From positions 11,495,608-11,559,607 of the forward strand of contig OZ199838.1 of NCBI GenBank assembly GCA_964304625.1: a stretch of DNA of 64,000 bases. The letters run 5' to 3'. The notes below the pieces were generated by a model that saw only the letters and a program-made list of their open reading frames with translations, did not search any database and had not been told where the DNA came from. Below are positions 52,990 to 64,000 of this stretch, one piece after another. Made by a program: the position numbers and the translations under genes. Numbering within the stretch: position 1 is the first letter of the stretch; every line of letters begins with the position of its first letter. This DNA comes from Kudoa neothunni. Its lineage: Eukaryota > Animalia > Cnidaria.

Positions 52990-54900
52990 ACCCGGTACTT
53001 GTGTTGTTGTCGTTTACGCAAAATTTTGAAATTTAAATTAAACTTAAGTTAAACTAATTTATAACGATATATAAATTTTGATTTTATTATGTTGAAAACT
53101 TTTAGAGAAATTCGCTGCCTGAGATATAGCCACGGCGTTATTTAAACCTATGAATTAAATCCAATAACTCTAATTTTTAACCTGGTTGAGTTTAATTGAT
53201 TTGGTTCCAGAAATTCAAAATGATGAAGCGATAACCACCTTTCCTCACATATTTACTAGCAGCATATACATTATTTACAAAATTCTGTAATCATCCGTAA
53301 TTTATGGTGAATAAAGAAATAATAAAAAATTTAAAGCACGATAAATGAACACCTTATTAGCATCAACACAATTTGAGTAGGATTACATTAATAAACCTTG
53401 AATTTTATGCCTGAAAAACTTGTGATTCTTCATTACCACAGTAAATTTAATCAACTTCGCGATTTTTTAGAATTATAAAGTAGACAATGGATGGTTCGTA
53501 ATCCCATCGGGTATCTCAAAGTAGAAATATACCAGATCCTGTCGCAGGAATCAATTCCCTGTTTCACATTCAAATACCAATTCATTATTTCTTTATATAT
53601 TTATTATTTTTGTTTAATTTTAACGACTGCTTTTCGAAAAAAAATTTTCATCCGGCCCTCGAAACTTATGAAAATCAAAAATCTGGCCCTCCGACTAAAA
53701 ACTTTGGTGACCTCTGCTATAGAGCAATGAGAATCATTAGAACATTTGTATTTCTTTGTGTGGGATGTAAATAAGAAAGGCATATGAAAGTAGACGTATA
53801 GTCTAACACGCGGCAGGGCCGTTTAAAGGTTAACATGACAAAATTTAAGCCCACCATAACAGATGACCCCATTAAAAATCCATGCACATTCACTAAAAAA
53901 GCTAAGCAACATGTCAAAAAAATTTCTAAGTTAATTACCTTAAATTATGCAGAATACGATCGGCGAAAATAGTTAATATATATCCGAAAAAAGCTACATA
54001 ATAGAGAGTAAATCTCGTCAAACAAGTTCCATAATTTTTAAATCCTATGTTTACATGCCCAGTGATAATGTTGTTAACAAAGCCACACCAGAGTCAAACA
54101 AATTTAAAACAACGTATTCAGTACGTAGTAATGATCAATAATAATAATTTTTTAAAATAAATTTGAAGCTTTCAGGAGTCGCAACCAAGTGAAGAATTTA
54201 AATGCGGAAAACTTGGAAATTAACCGCCTTGATTGTTACTTCTTTAATCACGTACACAGCGAAATTTGTCCCAGACGGGATTAGTTATTAACACAGAGAA
54301 TAGAAATCTATAAAACTTGTTGATACTGTTTATATATGATAGTTGAAATAATCCACGAAATTTCTTATAACGTTTTCTATTGAAACGTTCGTTCTAATGC
54401 CAAACAAAGTAAACGTAGAAAAAGCTTTGAAAACAATTGAGAAATAACTGCAAATGATTCTTATTGAAAAAAACAAACACATAAAACATTGAAAGTTTAA
54501 ATTCTTCAATTTTTTCGTAGATTCTAAATAGAAATCGTTTACATCTGACATCTAATACCTTTTATTTAGGTTTAATGCTTTGTTGATGAGTAATGTTTGT
54601 GTGTGATACAAACATTAGATCAAAACTACTTAAATATGACATCGTATCGTGGAATCAAAATTCCTTGAATGTTAATTAGAGTTTTTTAAACGTAATAAAT
54701 GTTTTTGAATTATTTTGGAACCGATTTGTAAGCATAGAATTTAAGGTAATGAAAAATGGATGGATTCCCTCAATAATAATACACAGTTGTGTTTATTTTA
54801 GATTCCAATAAAACGTAAATAAATTCTTTAATTTAAAATATTATCCATTTTCTTCTGAGAAAACCTCATAAAAATTTATTATGCCGCTGATTTTGATCGT
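52990..54900. mobile_element. hAT transposon debris (adjacent ends)
   Basis: hAT-type 3' end with repeated GGCCCTC and ...GGTGACCTCTG (ends 53716), and another hAT-like start CAGGGCCG at ~53814. Highly degenerate coding remnants. Confidence 0.45.
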
Positions 54901-55602
54901 GTATCCATCTGTATAGATATTTGAAGGATCAACGATGATGAAATAAGAATTAACAACTATTAAGGGGCTATCATGAGTTAATCTGGGGTTTCATAAGAGT
55001 GATAACTTACCTCCAGTTGGTACTGTTATTTTACCCCAAAACTAAGTGAGAACTTTTATTACTGCGCAAATTTAATTATTTTTAAATTATTTAATGGTAC
55101 CCCCATAACGTGTGCACATTCACAAAAGAATCATTGGTTGTTATTGTAAGTGGTGAGGTTATTTTAAACAACCCGATCACCTTCTAAACGTGTTTTAAGA
55201 GACCACAAATCTTTCGCTAAGGTAGCCTTATTTAACAGCTGTACTGTTTGAAGTCATATTTGTTGAATATTAAACTGAGTTGAAAGTGTATGTACCTTCC
55301 TAATTGGTAGTCATTCTTTTAATTTTTGTGCTTGTTGGTTATAGTTTGTTTTGCCCTCACGGGATTTTTGTGGAACGATTACCGTTATTGAATCTTATTT
55401 AAAAAACTGTTTGTTTCTTCTAACCGCATCACGGTAATCTTTTATTTTAAACTTGTAATGGATTCGTAACCATTGGATACACTACTCAGTGTGTTAAAAG
55501 CAACCTATCGTCAATTTAAAAGCCTCTACATGTTTTCTTGATTTGGGAGTTTTTTGGTTTTAGAGTTGATTAACTGAACAATATTATCAATCAGAGAGTG
55601 TT

Positions 55603-58164
55603 ATGGATAAAAATTCAATGAGCGAGGTTGGTGACAATAGCCTATATTCCTTTGCTGTGGCCAGTCATAGTGCTCCCCTCAAACAATCTCCCAATCAATA
55701 TCCTAACGGAAATCATCGCGTTGGAAGTAGTTGATAACTCAATTGTTGAATTACCTCATTTATACAAAATATAGGCCACAACGGGAACGACCCGGCTTCT
55801 GTATCCAATGTGATGGGCTTATTTCAGTCCAATCTCAGTAGTCAAGTATATTGCGTCTGATATAAATTAAGACCTTTTAAATGACCTGTCTTCTTAACCA
55901 TTTTCTGTTATGGAAGTTACGTAAACCATGGATTAGTGAATATTTTTATATTATCGTTAGTAATTATTTATTTACGAGTTATATATCTAATAGTAATTGT
56001 TTTCACACACGTTCAAATGTGCGTAAATTATCATTACATTTAAAAATAGCCCAGATGTTGATTTATCTCTATTCGTATAATTGTATAAGTTTTTTTGTGT
56101 TAACTGATCCATCTAAGACTGTGTTAATCAGTTGAAATTTATTTGCCTGAATAGCTTACACCTTGTTAATCCTCCGTATACAACTTATTGATTTATTGAA
56201 AATTAACCAACGTTCAAATATGTGCTTATAATAAGGATGCTTACTACGTTGTTTTAATTACCGAAATTGTTAGGCTGACCAACCACCTCCAACTATAAGC
56301 AATAGCAATGATGACTTTTACCCATTCGTACCGAGCGAAACAGACGTATTTACCAATGGTGTAGGAAACAATAACACTCGCGATATTCGCCAGAGAATCA
56401 AAATGACTGACAAAAACAACCCCAAAAAGCCCACTGGGGGCTACATTAAAATAATAGCTAAAATAATCCTGCACTCGCCACTGAAAAAGTTGAAACTTCG
56501 TGATATCTATTGTGAACTCCAGAAAAATTACGAGTTTTTTAAAGAAAGTAAAGGAAAATGGCAAAATTCGGTTCGTCATTGGTAGCTTATTTCATGAATG
56601 GGACAATTTTTAAATATCTACCGTAGTCTGTCCAGCAATGATTGCTTTGTGAACGAGAAAGTAAATTGTCATTCGGAAGGTAAAGGTGGTTATTGGTCGG
56701 TGGATATCAAAAACCTTCCCGACCTCAGTCTGGATTGTGAAACCACCACCGAGAGTAGAAGGAGACGTCGAGTTAGGCAACGTTCTTCAGAACTATTCTA
56801 CACTGTTCCGAGAGAACATATTCTTAAGAACTTGAATGAACTCACTGAAGCCACTCTTCTAGTGTATTTTCCTGATACACACAGTGTTGACTTTTTTCCT
56901 ACCCATCTTCGAGATGTAAGCTGATTAATGATCGCGTTGATGTTTACAAATTTTTGATTTTCCTTATAGATATTCCTGTATATACAGAAAAAGTACAACC
57001 TTTCTCGTGCCCCATACGGTGGTGATTTCCTTCGAAAATTGTTTCGAGAATATTTCAATATCATACTGACTTTTGGTGCTGAGGGGTTTGAACAGGCAAT
57101 GATGTTGAGCAGTCAGTTTGTCGACAGATCCGATAGAAGCAATTCAGCGGAACTGAACAATCAAAGTAAATATTTTGCAAGGCATACAACTTACATACTA
57201 GACATAACAAATTAGTGATGTATCATCATATTGATCGACAAATGAATCCTCAACATCCCCCTTTGTTCACAAGACCAATAGTTAATGCTTATGACTATTC
57301 TACAGGAGATCCAAACAAACCATCATCATCGTTCTCCAACACATTTCCAAGGTCAATCGATTGCTCCAACTACTATCAACCAAGCCTTCCCTACGTGTGC
57401 AACAACTATGGTAACTTTGACCCCTAAAACATTACTTATAACAATTTAACTTATTTGTTTCCTGTAGACAAACAGTCAATTTATCCTTACGTCAACCAAC
57501 ACATGACTGAAAGTTCTGCCAACGCTGTCAACTATAACCTTTACAAACCGATGACCATGAATCCTCCACAGTTTGAGTCGGTTCGCTACAACGATGAGAT
57601 CATGAATAACATCTACAGTTCTTCAACTCAAGAACCCCCTGGACAAAACAGAGAAAGTCAAATCCCATTATATACTCAAAGTAGCAATGGTGGCGATACT
57701 AACTCTTACGTTAACTCTGATTTCAATAATCCCCAACCAAGTAATGTTGTTTTCTATGGAAGGTTTAGGTAATTTTATTGATTTAGTTTTACCACAAAAT
57801 GGTATATTATTAATGATCAATGACCATTTTGACTGTGATAAATTTAGTGATGACCGATGCCAGCCAACACTGTAATGATGTAGCAGTTAATCCAAAAATA
57901 TTTACTCCTTTCGAAAAAGAAAACATCTCAAATAATATTCAAAATCCTCTTCTTGTTCATTCTAATGAGGTATAGTTTTTCTGCTTCTTTCAATATCATC
58001 AAGCTAATGCACCTACCTCAAAATCATTTGGCTTATTTTTTTAGACTGTTTTTAATTTCCCACCTCCAGTCACCCACGTAAACAATGTTAACACCCCTAT
58101 CAACTCTATTCCCATTCAACCATGCTATAATAACAATGGTAACATTGCCAAACATGGATCTTAG
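55603..58164 (+). CDS. Forkhead-box transcription factor (divergent; FoxH/FoxQ2-like features)
   Basis: Multi-exon open model. Forkhead domain KPTGGYIKIIAKIILHSPLKKLKLRDIYCELQKNYEFFKESKGKWQNSVRH|CLSSNDCFVNEK...GKGGYWSVD, basic RRRRRVR NLS and a P/N/S/Y-rich C-terminus. Confidence 0.88.
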
Positions 58165-59243
58165 TTCGTTTACCACATTTTCGTGTTGTTATATTACTTA
58201 ATTTCGTCTCATTTTTTCAAAACCTCCAATATTTGCTCTAATTACTTGGATCTGGATCTATTAAAGATTAACCCTGATTTTTTAAGATGTTTAAATAACG
58301 ATAAAAACTATACATTAACCATTTATCATTTATTATATATAAAATTATAATTGATTTATTATCTAACACATTAAATTTAACCTTAAATATTAATTGGTTT
58401 TTAAGTATGATTGTTTGATATTTAACTATTATAACTGTTTGTGTGAGATATTTCATTAAAACCAAACATTTTTTAATTATTCTCAGATAACATTTAGAGT
58501 TATGTGGATTTAAAGCTTAAATTTAAAAACAATATTTACTCATAATTAGTATATTTTTTAAATTTTATGTGCCTATCCCAATACATCAGCTTCTCATCTG
58601 GAAGTGTTAAATAATTCGTACTTAACTTTCGAATTCCAATCGAATAGGCTTTATTCATTCTTGAATAATCTAGGAATTTTCCTTCTCAATTCTTTATCAC
58701 CAAATTATTAAAATTTACTGAAAACAAGGATCTTTACTGCCAAAGAACTCATTTAAGACCGAAAATTCTGGGCAATAATTACGCATATTAAACACAATTG
58801 AATGTAACAAATTTCTAAGATGTGTAAAACACCATAATATTAGATTCAATCGCATTTTTGGCGTCGTTCGTTATCAAACTATGTTTCATTCTATTGGAAT
58901 AAATTGCACATCTCTGCTTTAACTATTATTAAGAAACACTATTGCTGAAATAATATGCTCCGCCCAAAATATCCAAATGTTCAGAAAAAAATATAATTCC
59001 GTGCTCTAAATTAGATGACCATATATGAATGCTGGTATTTTTTAAAATCTCAGAGTCAAGCGATGTCGTAACTTTGAAGTAGTTGAGTAAACTATAAATT
59101 TACATAATATTCAAATTTATAATTTAATGTTATCTTAGCTTTTACAATAAAATCTGATTTTTCCGATTTTATCTCTAATTTTTCCCCAAATTGTCCTATT
59201 TTGGAGTAGGTAACACTTACTACAGCGAAGATGTTAAAATATG

Positions 59244-59255
59244 TGAGCATGCGCG
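59244..59255. promoter_or_regulatory. NRF1/EWG-type motif TGAGCATGCGCG, candidate PGS1 promoter
   Basis: One mismatch to the motif; lies ~225 bp upstream of a candidate first exon at 59479. Confidence 0.45.
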
Positions 59256-59971
59256 TATATTTTTAAAAGATGCTTCAATTGAGACACCTTTTAGTTATCC
59301 AATCACGGTTGACTTTTAAAAAAATAAGCATATTATATAAAACTAACTCAAAGAAATTGTGGTTTTAAACGAATTTCATTCTATTTTGAAGATGTTCTAA
59401 TCATAACACCTACTAAAATCAACAAAGAATAGCGTATATTCTGAATAGATTGATGTAAAGTAGTTAAAATTTAAAAGTATGAGTCATGTTGAATCGAAGA
59501 CTTTTAAAAATAAACACGCCAGATCACTCGGAGGATTAAGAAAATTCAGCTTACCGCGTGACTTAACCTTCCACTCCTACCCTGCAGTTTAAAGTTAACT
59601 ACAATACCTGATTTAAATTCAAGTGATTGCAACTGATGTCAATTTCTTCCCATTATTATCATGAATAAATCACATCAAACTCGCTAGGCTAGAGAGAAAC
59701 CTTAAAGGATATAAATTTCCATTCATACTCTTATTTCATAAACGGCAAAATACTTAATTGGTCTAACCATTAAAATAATTTTAAATTTTAAAAATTGTTA
59801 CAAAAATTATATAGATAGGAATAAATGAGGTTAAATCTGATTTGAATATTTGTTTAATTTTAAATTTAAATTGGCCACATCCAATACATAAAATTGGTCA
59901 GCTATATTACAAAAAAATACCAATGGAATTTTTCAAGATTTCTTAACTCATTTTTATGACAAAAAAATTAA

Positions 59972-61056
59972 CCCCCTGAACCCCGAATTTAATTCAGTGA
60001 TTGAACAAAAAATTTTCGTTCATTCTGTTAAATTTTAAATAGTTTTATATAAAATATCCAAAAATTAGAGAAGTGATTTCAACAATTAAAAAGATACACA
60101 CATGGTGCCAAATGGCAACATCGGGACGCGGCTTATTGCAAAGTGCAGGGGTGCGCATGTTTGTATGTTACTTTGTTTTTAACCAAAGAAATACTCTCCC
60201 GTCATCAAAAATGAAATATTTAATTATTTATTACAATTTGATAGTCAAAAAGCGGTTTCTGTTTTTATTGAGGCACAAATGAACATTACGCTTAATGCAA
60301 ATGTGTTCAAATAATCTATGATTGAAGAATCGGTTGAAATAAGCGAAACATTCAAATATAATATCTTCAACATGTTAAAAAATATCAGTTGTTTCAATAT
60401 CGTTGTTTATTAAACTTTTCGCGTTTATTGTCTAATTTAAACGGTGGTCATCTTACTCCCCATCGCTAGTACTGTATTCGGATACAATACCGTCATATTG
60501 ACTATACAAAATGGAATCCGATTCCAGTCCAACGTCTGATTTTTACCCATCTGTTAATATGATTTTTTAAAAGTATGCTCTATTTATTCCTCATCCCAAT
60601 CTATTCAGAATTCATCCTTAAAATTATGAACACACTTAAATCGAGGGCCGAACGTTGCCGTATGACAAATTTAGATATACCCGCAGACCCAATGTTACCA
60701 AATGGTGACATGGATTAATCTATCCCTTTAGTATACATATGAAAACATATTTTCTTCATAAATTCACTTTTAGAATAAAATTATTTAATACTGTATGTAT
60801 ATATTTTTCAATTTTACTGAAACCTCAAAATTCCAAGTTCAATTGCAGGATACTTTTAGCCTTTTTATACTCGCCGTACAGTTAGATATTCATCTTTATT
60901 GCTCTTGATATAAAACACAAATTTTTATAATCCTTTTATATAAAAGCAAATTAACTATATTATTATAATAAAGATAAATTTAAAAAGTGTAATTAAATGG
61001 TCAAAACACTCACAAAATTAAAATATTATTATTTGGCAACATTGGGGTTCAAAGGG
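59972..61056. mobile_element. Non-autonomous piggyBac-type element
   Basis: TTAA on both sides (59968-71, 61057-60), TIRs CCCCCTGAACCCCGAAT / ATTGGGGTTCAAAGGG. Confidence 0.82.
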
Positions 61057-61177
61057 TTAAAAACAAAAACTGATAATTTGCATCAAGATGCGCAACCTTT
61101 CACTTAATCTTTAGGCCCAAGAAAACACGTGTGGACTACCAAAAAAGTTAACACTAACAAAGCATTTTGACGATAGT

Positions 61178-62890
61178 ATGGAAACGAATCATCATAACGA
61201 CCATCAGCTACACAATTATTTTTTGGAATCTAAAAAGGAATTTTTACCTTCATTTTTTATAAAAAGCGATAATGTGACTGTGTTGGACAGCCCTCGCCAC
61301 TTTCATGATACTTTAATTGTAAATAAACTTGTTATATCTATTTACTACATACTACCGTGTATTTAGGCTAAAATTAGGATGGCAAAAAGAAAAATCGTTA
61401 TCTCTTCACTTTACTTTGGAGATGATGATTTGACTAAATCGTTGGTAACTTTAATAGCTGATATTGTTTTTTATAATTTAAAATAGATTTCAACAATTGA
61501 AAAACAACTAAAATTAAACTCAAATCTTGAGGTGGTTGTGATGCTTGATATAAATAGAGCTGTACGTTCGAAACCATATACTTTCCAATCACACTGGTCT
61601 ATCCTACGTGAAAGTAAATACAGTATTGATAGGTTGGTTGCCCTCGCAAAAATGTATGACGAACGATTTTGTTTGTATTTATGCTGGGGAGCTGCATCGT
61701 ATACACGCTCAAAACGATTGCTACCGGTGTACGGGTTGAGCAATAAAATCGGTGAAATAGCCAGTGTACATCACATCAAGTTGTTCGTGTTTGATAACGA
61801 CTTTTTGATCACTGGTGCTAATGTGAGTTATGATTATTTCACGTCCCGTTATGATCGGTATTTGTTGATTGAAAATGAAGAGAATGTATGCAAATTTTTA
61901 TATGAGTTTGTTGAGATATACTCCAAATACTCTACACAAATAACACAACAAAATAGTAATGGAGCTTATCAAGACTATGAATATATCACCGAGGAATTGA
62001 GTAGACTTGTGCATGATTGCGAATCAGATAATTCAAAACTTTTAAGCTGTTTAAATAATCAAAGTGAACAATCTCCTGACAAAGACACTCTACTCTCAAT
62101 TTATATTAATTTTCCTAAACTAAATATCTTGATGGACAAAACTGTTATGAATATGATTTATTCGTTACCAGGTACGACTTTATGTGGGGTTTTAGTTTTT
62201 TGGATAATGCAGACTGGAATTATTAGACAATTACAAACAATCTCCCCTGAACACGTTGATAATGACCTCATACCTTAATATACCCGAGGAAAATTTGAAC
62301 CAACTGATGACTAACAAACAACCATTTTCACTCACCACAGTCACCTCTCATATTTCCAATAATGCTTTTTATAAAGATCAGACATATAAAAGTATTGACT
62401 GTGTTTTTTGTTTAATTTGGCTCATATGATTTTAAGAATGGGTAGCCACATTCTATTCATTACAGCTGGAAAAACTTATCGAGTCCACATCAACTTGCAC
62501 AGTATTGTGACTGTTGTTGGCATTCATTAAATTTATTTCCTGTTGCAATGATAGGATAAAATAAAGTGCTTGGAATTTGAATCAGATAATGAAAGTTTCC
62601 ATGGTAAAGGTATTTGGATTTTTGGAAAAAATCAATCCCCTACTCATAATCCATTACTCTTGCATATTGCTGGCAGCTCCAACTACGGATATCGCTCACA
62701 AAATCGTGATTGCGAACTTAATTTCATGTTTTCTACCTCTTCAACGATACTAAAAAATCAGCTCTGTAAAGATAACAACAGAATATTACAACAGTGTAAT
62801 AAACCTGATTTGTTATCACTTCAAAAGCGACATCTCAATATACCATATGTTGTTAGAATGTTTTTTCCATTAGTTAAGTACTTTTTGTAA
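61178..62890 (+). CDS. PGS1: CDP-diacylglycerol--glycerol-3-phosphate 3-phosphatidyltransferase (PGP synthase, PLD family); may have an upstream exon at 59479
   Basis: Six exons in frame. VLDSPRHFH, IVISSLYFG, HHIKLFVFDNDFLITGANVSYDYFTSRYDRY, FHGKGIW, GSSNYGYRSQNRDCE. Confidence 0.92.
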
Positions 62891-63201
62891 TTTGGGGCAT
62901 GGATTGTTTCCATTGTGTATTGGTATTGACAGTAGTTCATTCGTTTGTTTCGTCTTTCCGTTCTCAACGCTCGCTGCTATTTTAATTTTGTTACCTAATA
63001 GGTTATAATACACACACTTCCTCATTTGGAAAACTTTGCGCAAATTTTTGATTTACTTATATATACTTCAAAATCTATGAGAAATTTCGGTTACGAAAAA
63101 TAATTGTGTAGCTTCCTAAATATTTAGGTTGTATTTTTATTCATATTTATATAATCTAATAATGTTTAAGTGGTTTTTTATTTAATCAAAAAAAAGTTAC
63201 A

Positions 63202-64000
63202 CCCTCTTATGTACAAACTGGGTCCATTGGACCCAGTAGAATAACTTGACAATTAACATTTTTATACAAATAAAAACCAATACAAACAATAAAAAAACAA
63301 AATATATTTAATGGAGAAATCTGAAAATCCAGATTTGACGGTAACAAAATAAAATATCCCTAAGTAATTGCACCTTTGTTTGTTTCGAGCCATGTTTAAA
63401 AATTATAAGTTGTTGCATACTTTACAATAATTTATAAAATTTTTAAGTATAATATTAATTTATTATAAATAAAATTATGGTTTTCTACGCTGAAATATCT
63501 AGGAATAGTTATTACCAAGGATAGTAACAAATTAATCTTTTATCGCCCTCGTGTAGCTGCTAATCCGTGGAGAATGTTAACCCTTGATGATGCAATAAAA
63601 ATGATTATGGAAAACTCAGAAGATACTAACGTGGATGAGAATTTTTCTTCTGATAAAGAAATAGACAACGTTATACAAGAACCAGTTTCAAGCTATTCGG
63701 AGAATATTTCTGATACTGAACAATCTCAAGAGGAAACTCGATTTTCAAGAGACAAATTTATTAAATGAAAGTCACAAATACCAACTAAGGTGGTTACAAC
63801 ACTTAACCACAATATTGCACCAAATTATAAATCTAGAATCCCAAACGAAGTTAGGGAAAAAATATTTTCACCATCGATTTCAGTCATAAGTTTTATTGGA
63901 GATGATATTATTTCAAAAATAATAATTACGACAAACACATTTATGGAAAAGAGAAACAATAAAATAAAAATTAACGATTCTGATGTTTGGAAATGGATAG
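63202..64000 (+). mobile_element. 5' part of another piggyBac element (runs off window end)
   Basis: CCCTC... start, subterminal palindrome TGGGTCCATTGGACCCA, acidic N-terminal ORF 63574-63768 ending SRDKFIK* with a broken continuation. Confidence 0.6.

Noticed and set aside
1-64000. CRISPR array, rRNA or prokaryotic operon/defence system
   Set aside because: No regularly spaced repeats or rRNA motifs seen; genes are intron-containing eukaryotic genes.

Overview
AT-rich eukaryotic (animal) genomic DNA with very short GT-AG introns (mostly about 30-80 nt), fast-evolving proteins and dense, decayed transposons. I manually spliced ten genes: LOTUS+Tudor (TDRD5-like, -), a carnitine/choline acyltransferase-fold gene (+), a claudin-like tetraspan (-), taspase-1 (-), EFL1 (+), PSMA6 (+), a hyccin/FAM126 homolog (+), a thypedin-like beta-thymosin/pedin repeat protein (-), a forkhead factor (+) and PGS1 (+). 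The claudin-like gene is absent from the ORF track, and the hyccin homolog appears there only as one fragment. One more weak multi-exon candidate lies at about 42.4-43.2 kb. Intergenic DNA holds several piggyBac, hAT, Tc1/pogo, MULE and Gypsy relics, including a Gypsy<piggyBac<MULE nest. Highlights: (1) a thypedin-like precursor built from exact 79-aa units (9 thymosin repeats, 4 pedin-like peptides); (2) an intact CPT-fold gene that has lost its catalytic His and other family motifs, a candidate pseudoenzyme; (3) an NRF1/EWG-type GCGCATGCGC motif at housekeeping and bidirectional promoters and inside transposon ends; (4) a claudin-like gene whose enlarged extracellular loop is made of symmetric phase-1 small exons; (5) an atypical forkhead gene. 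The features fit a reduced parasitic metazoan (e.g. a myxozoan cnidarian), but that is inference only. All family assignments come from recalled motifs, not database searches.
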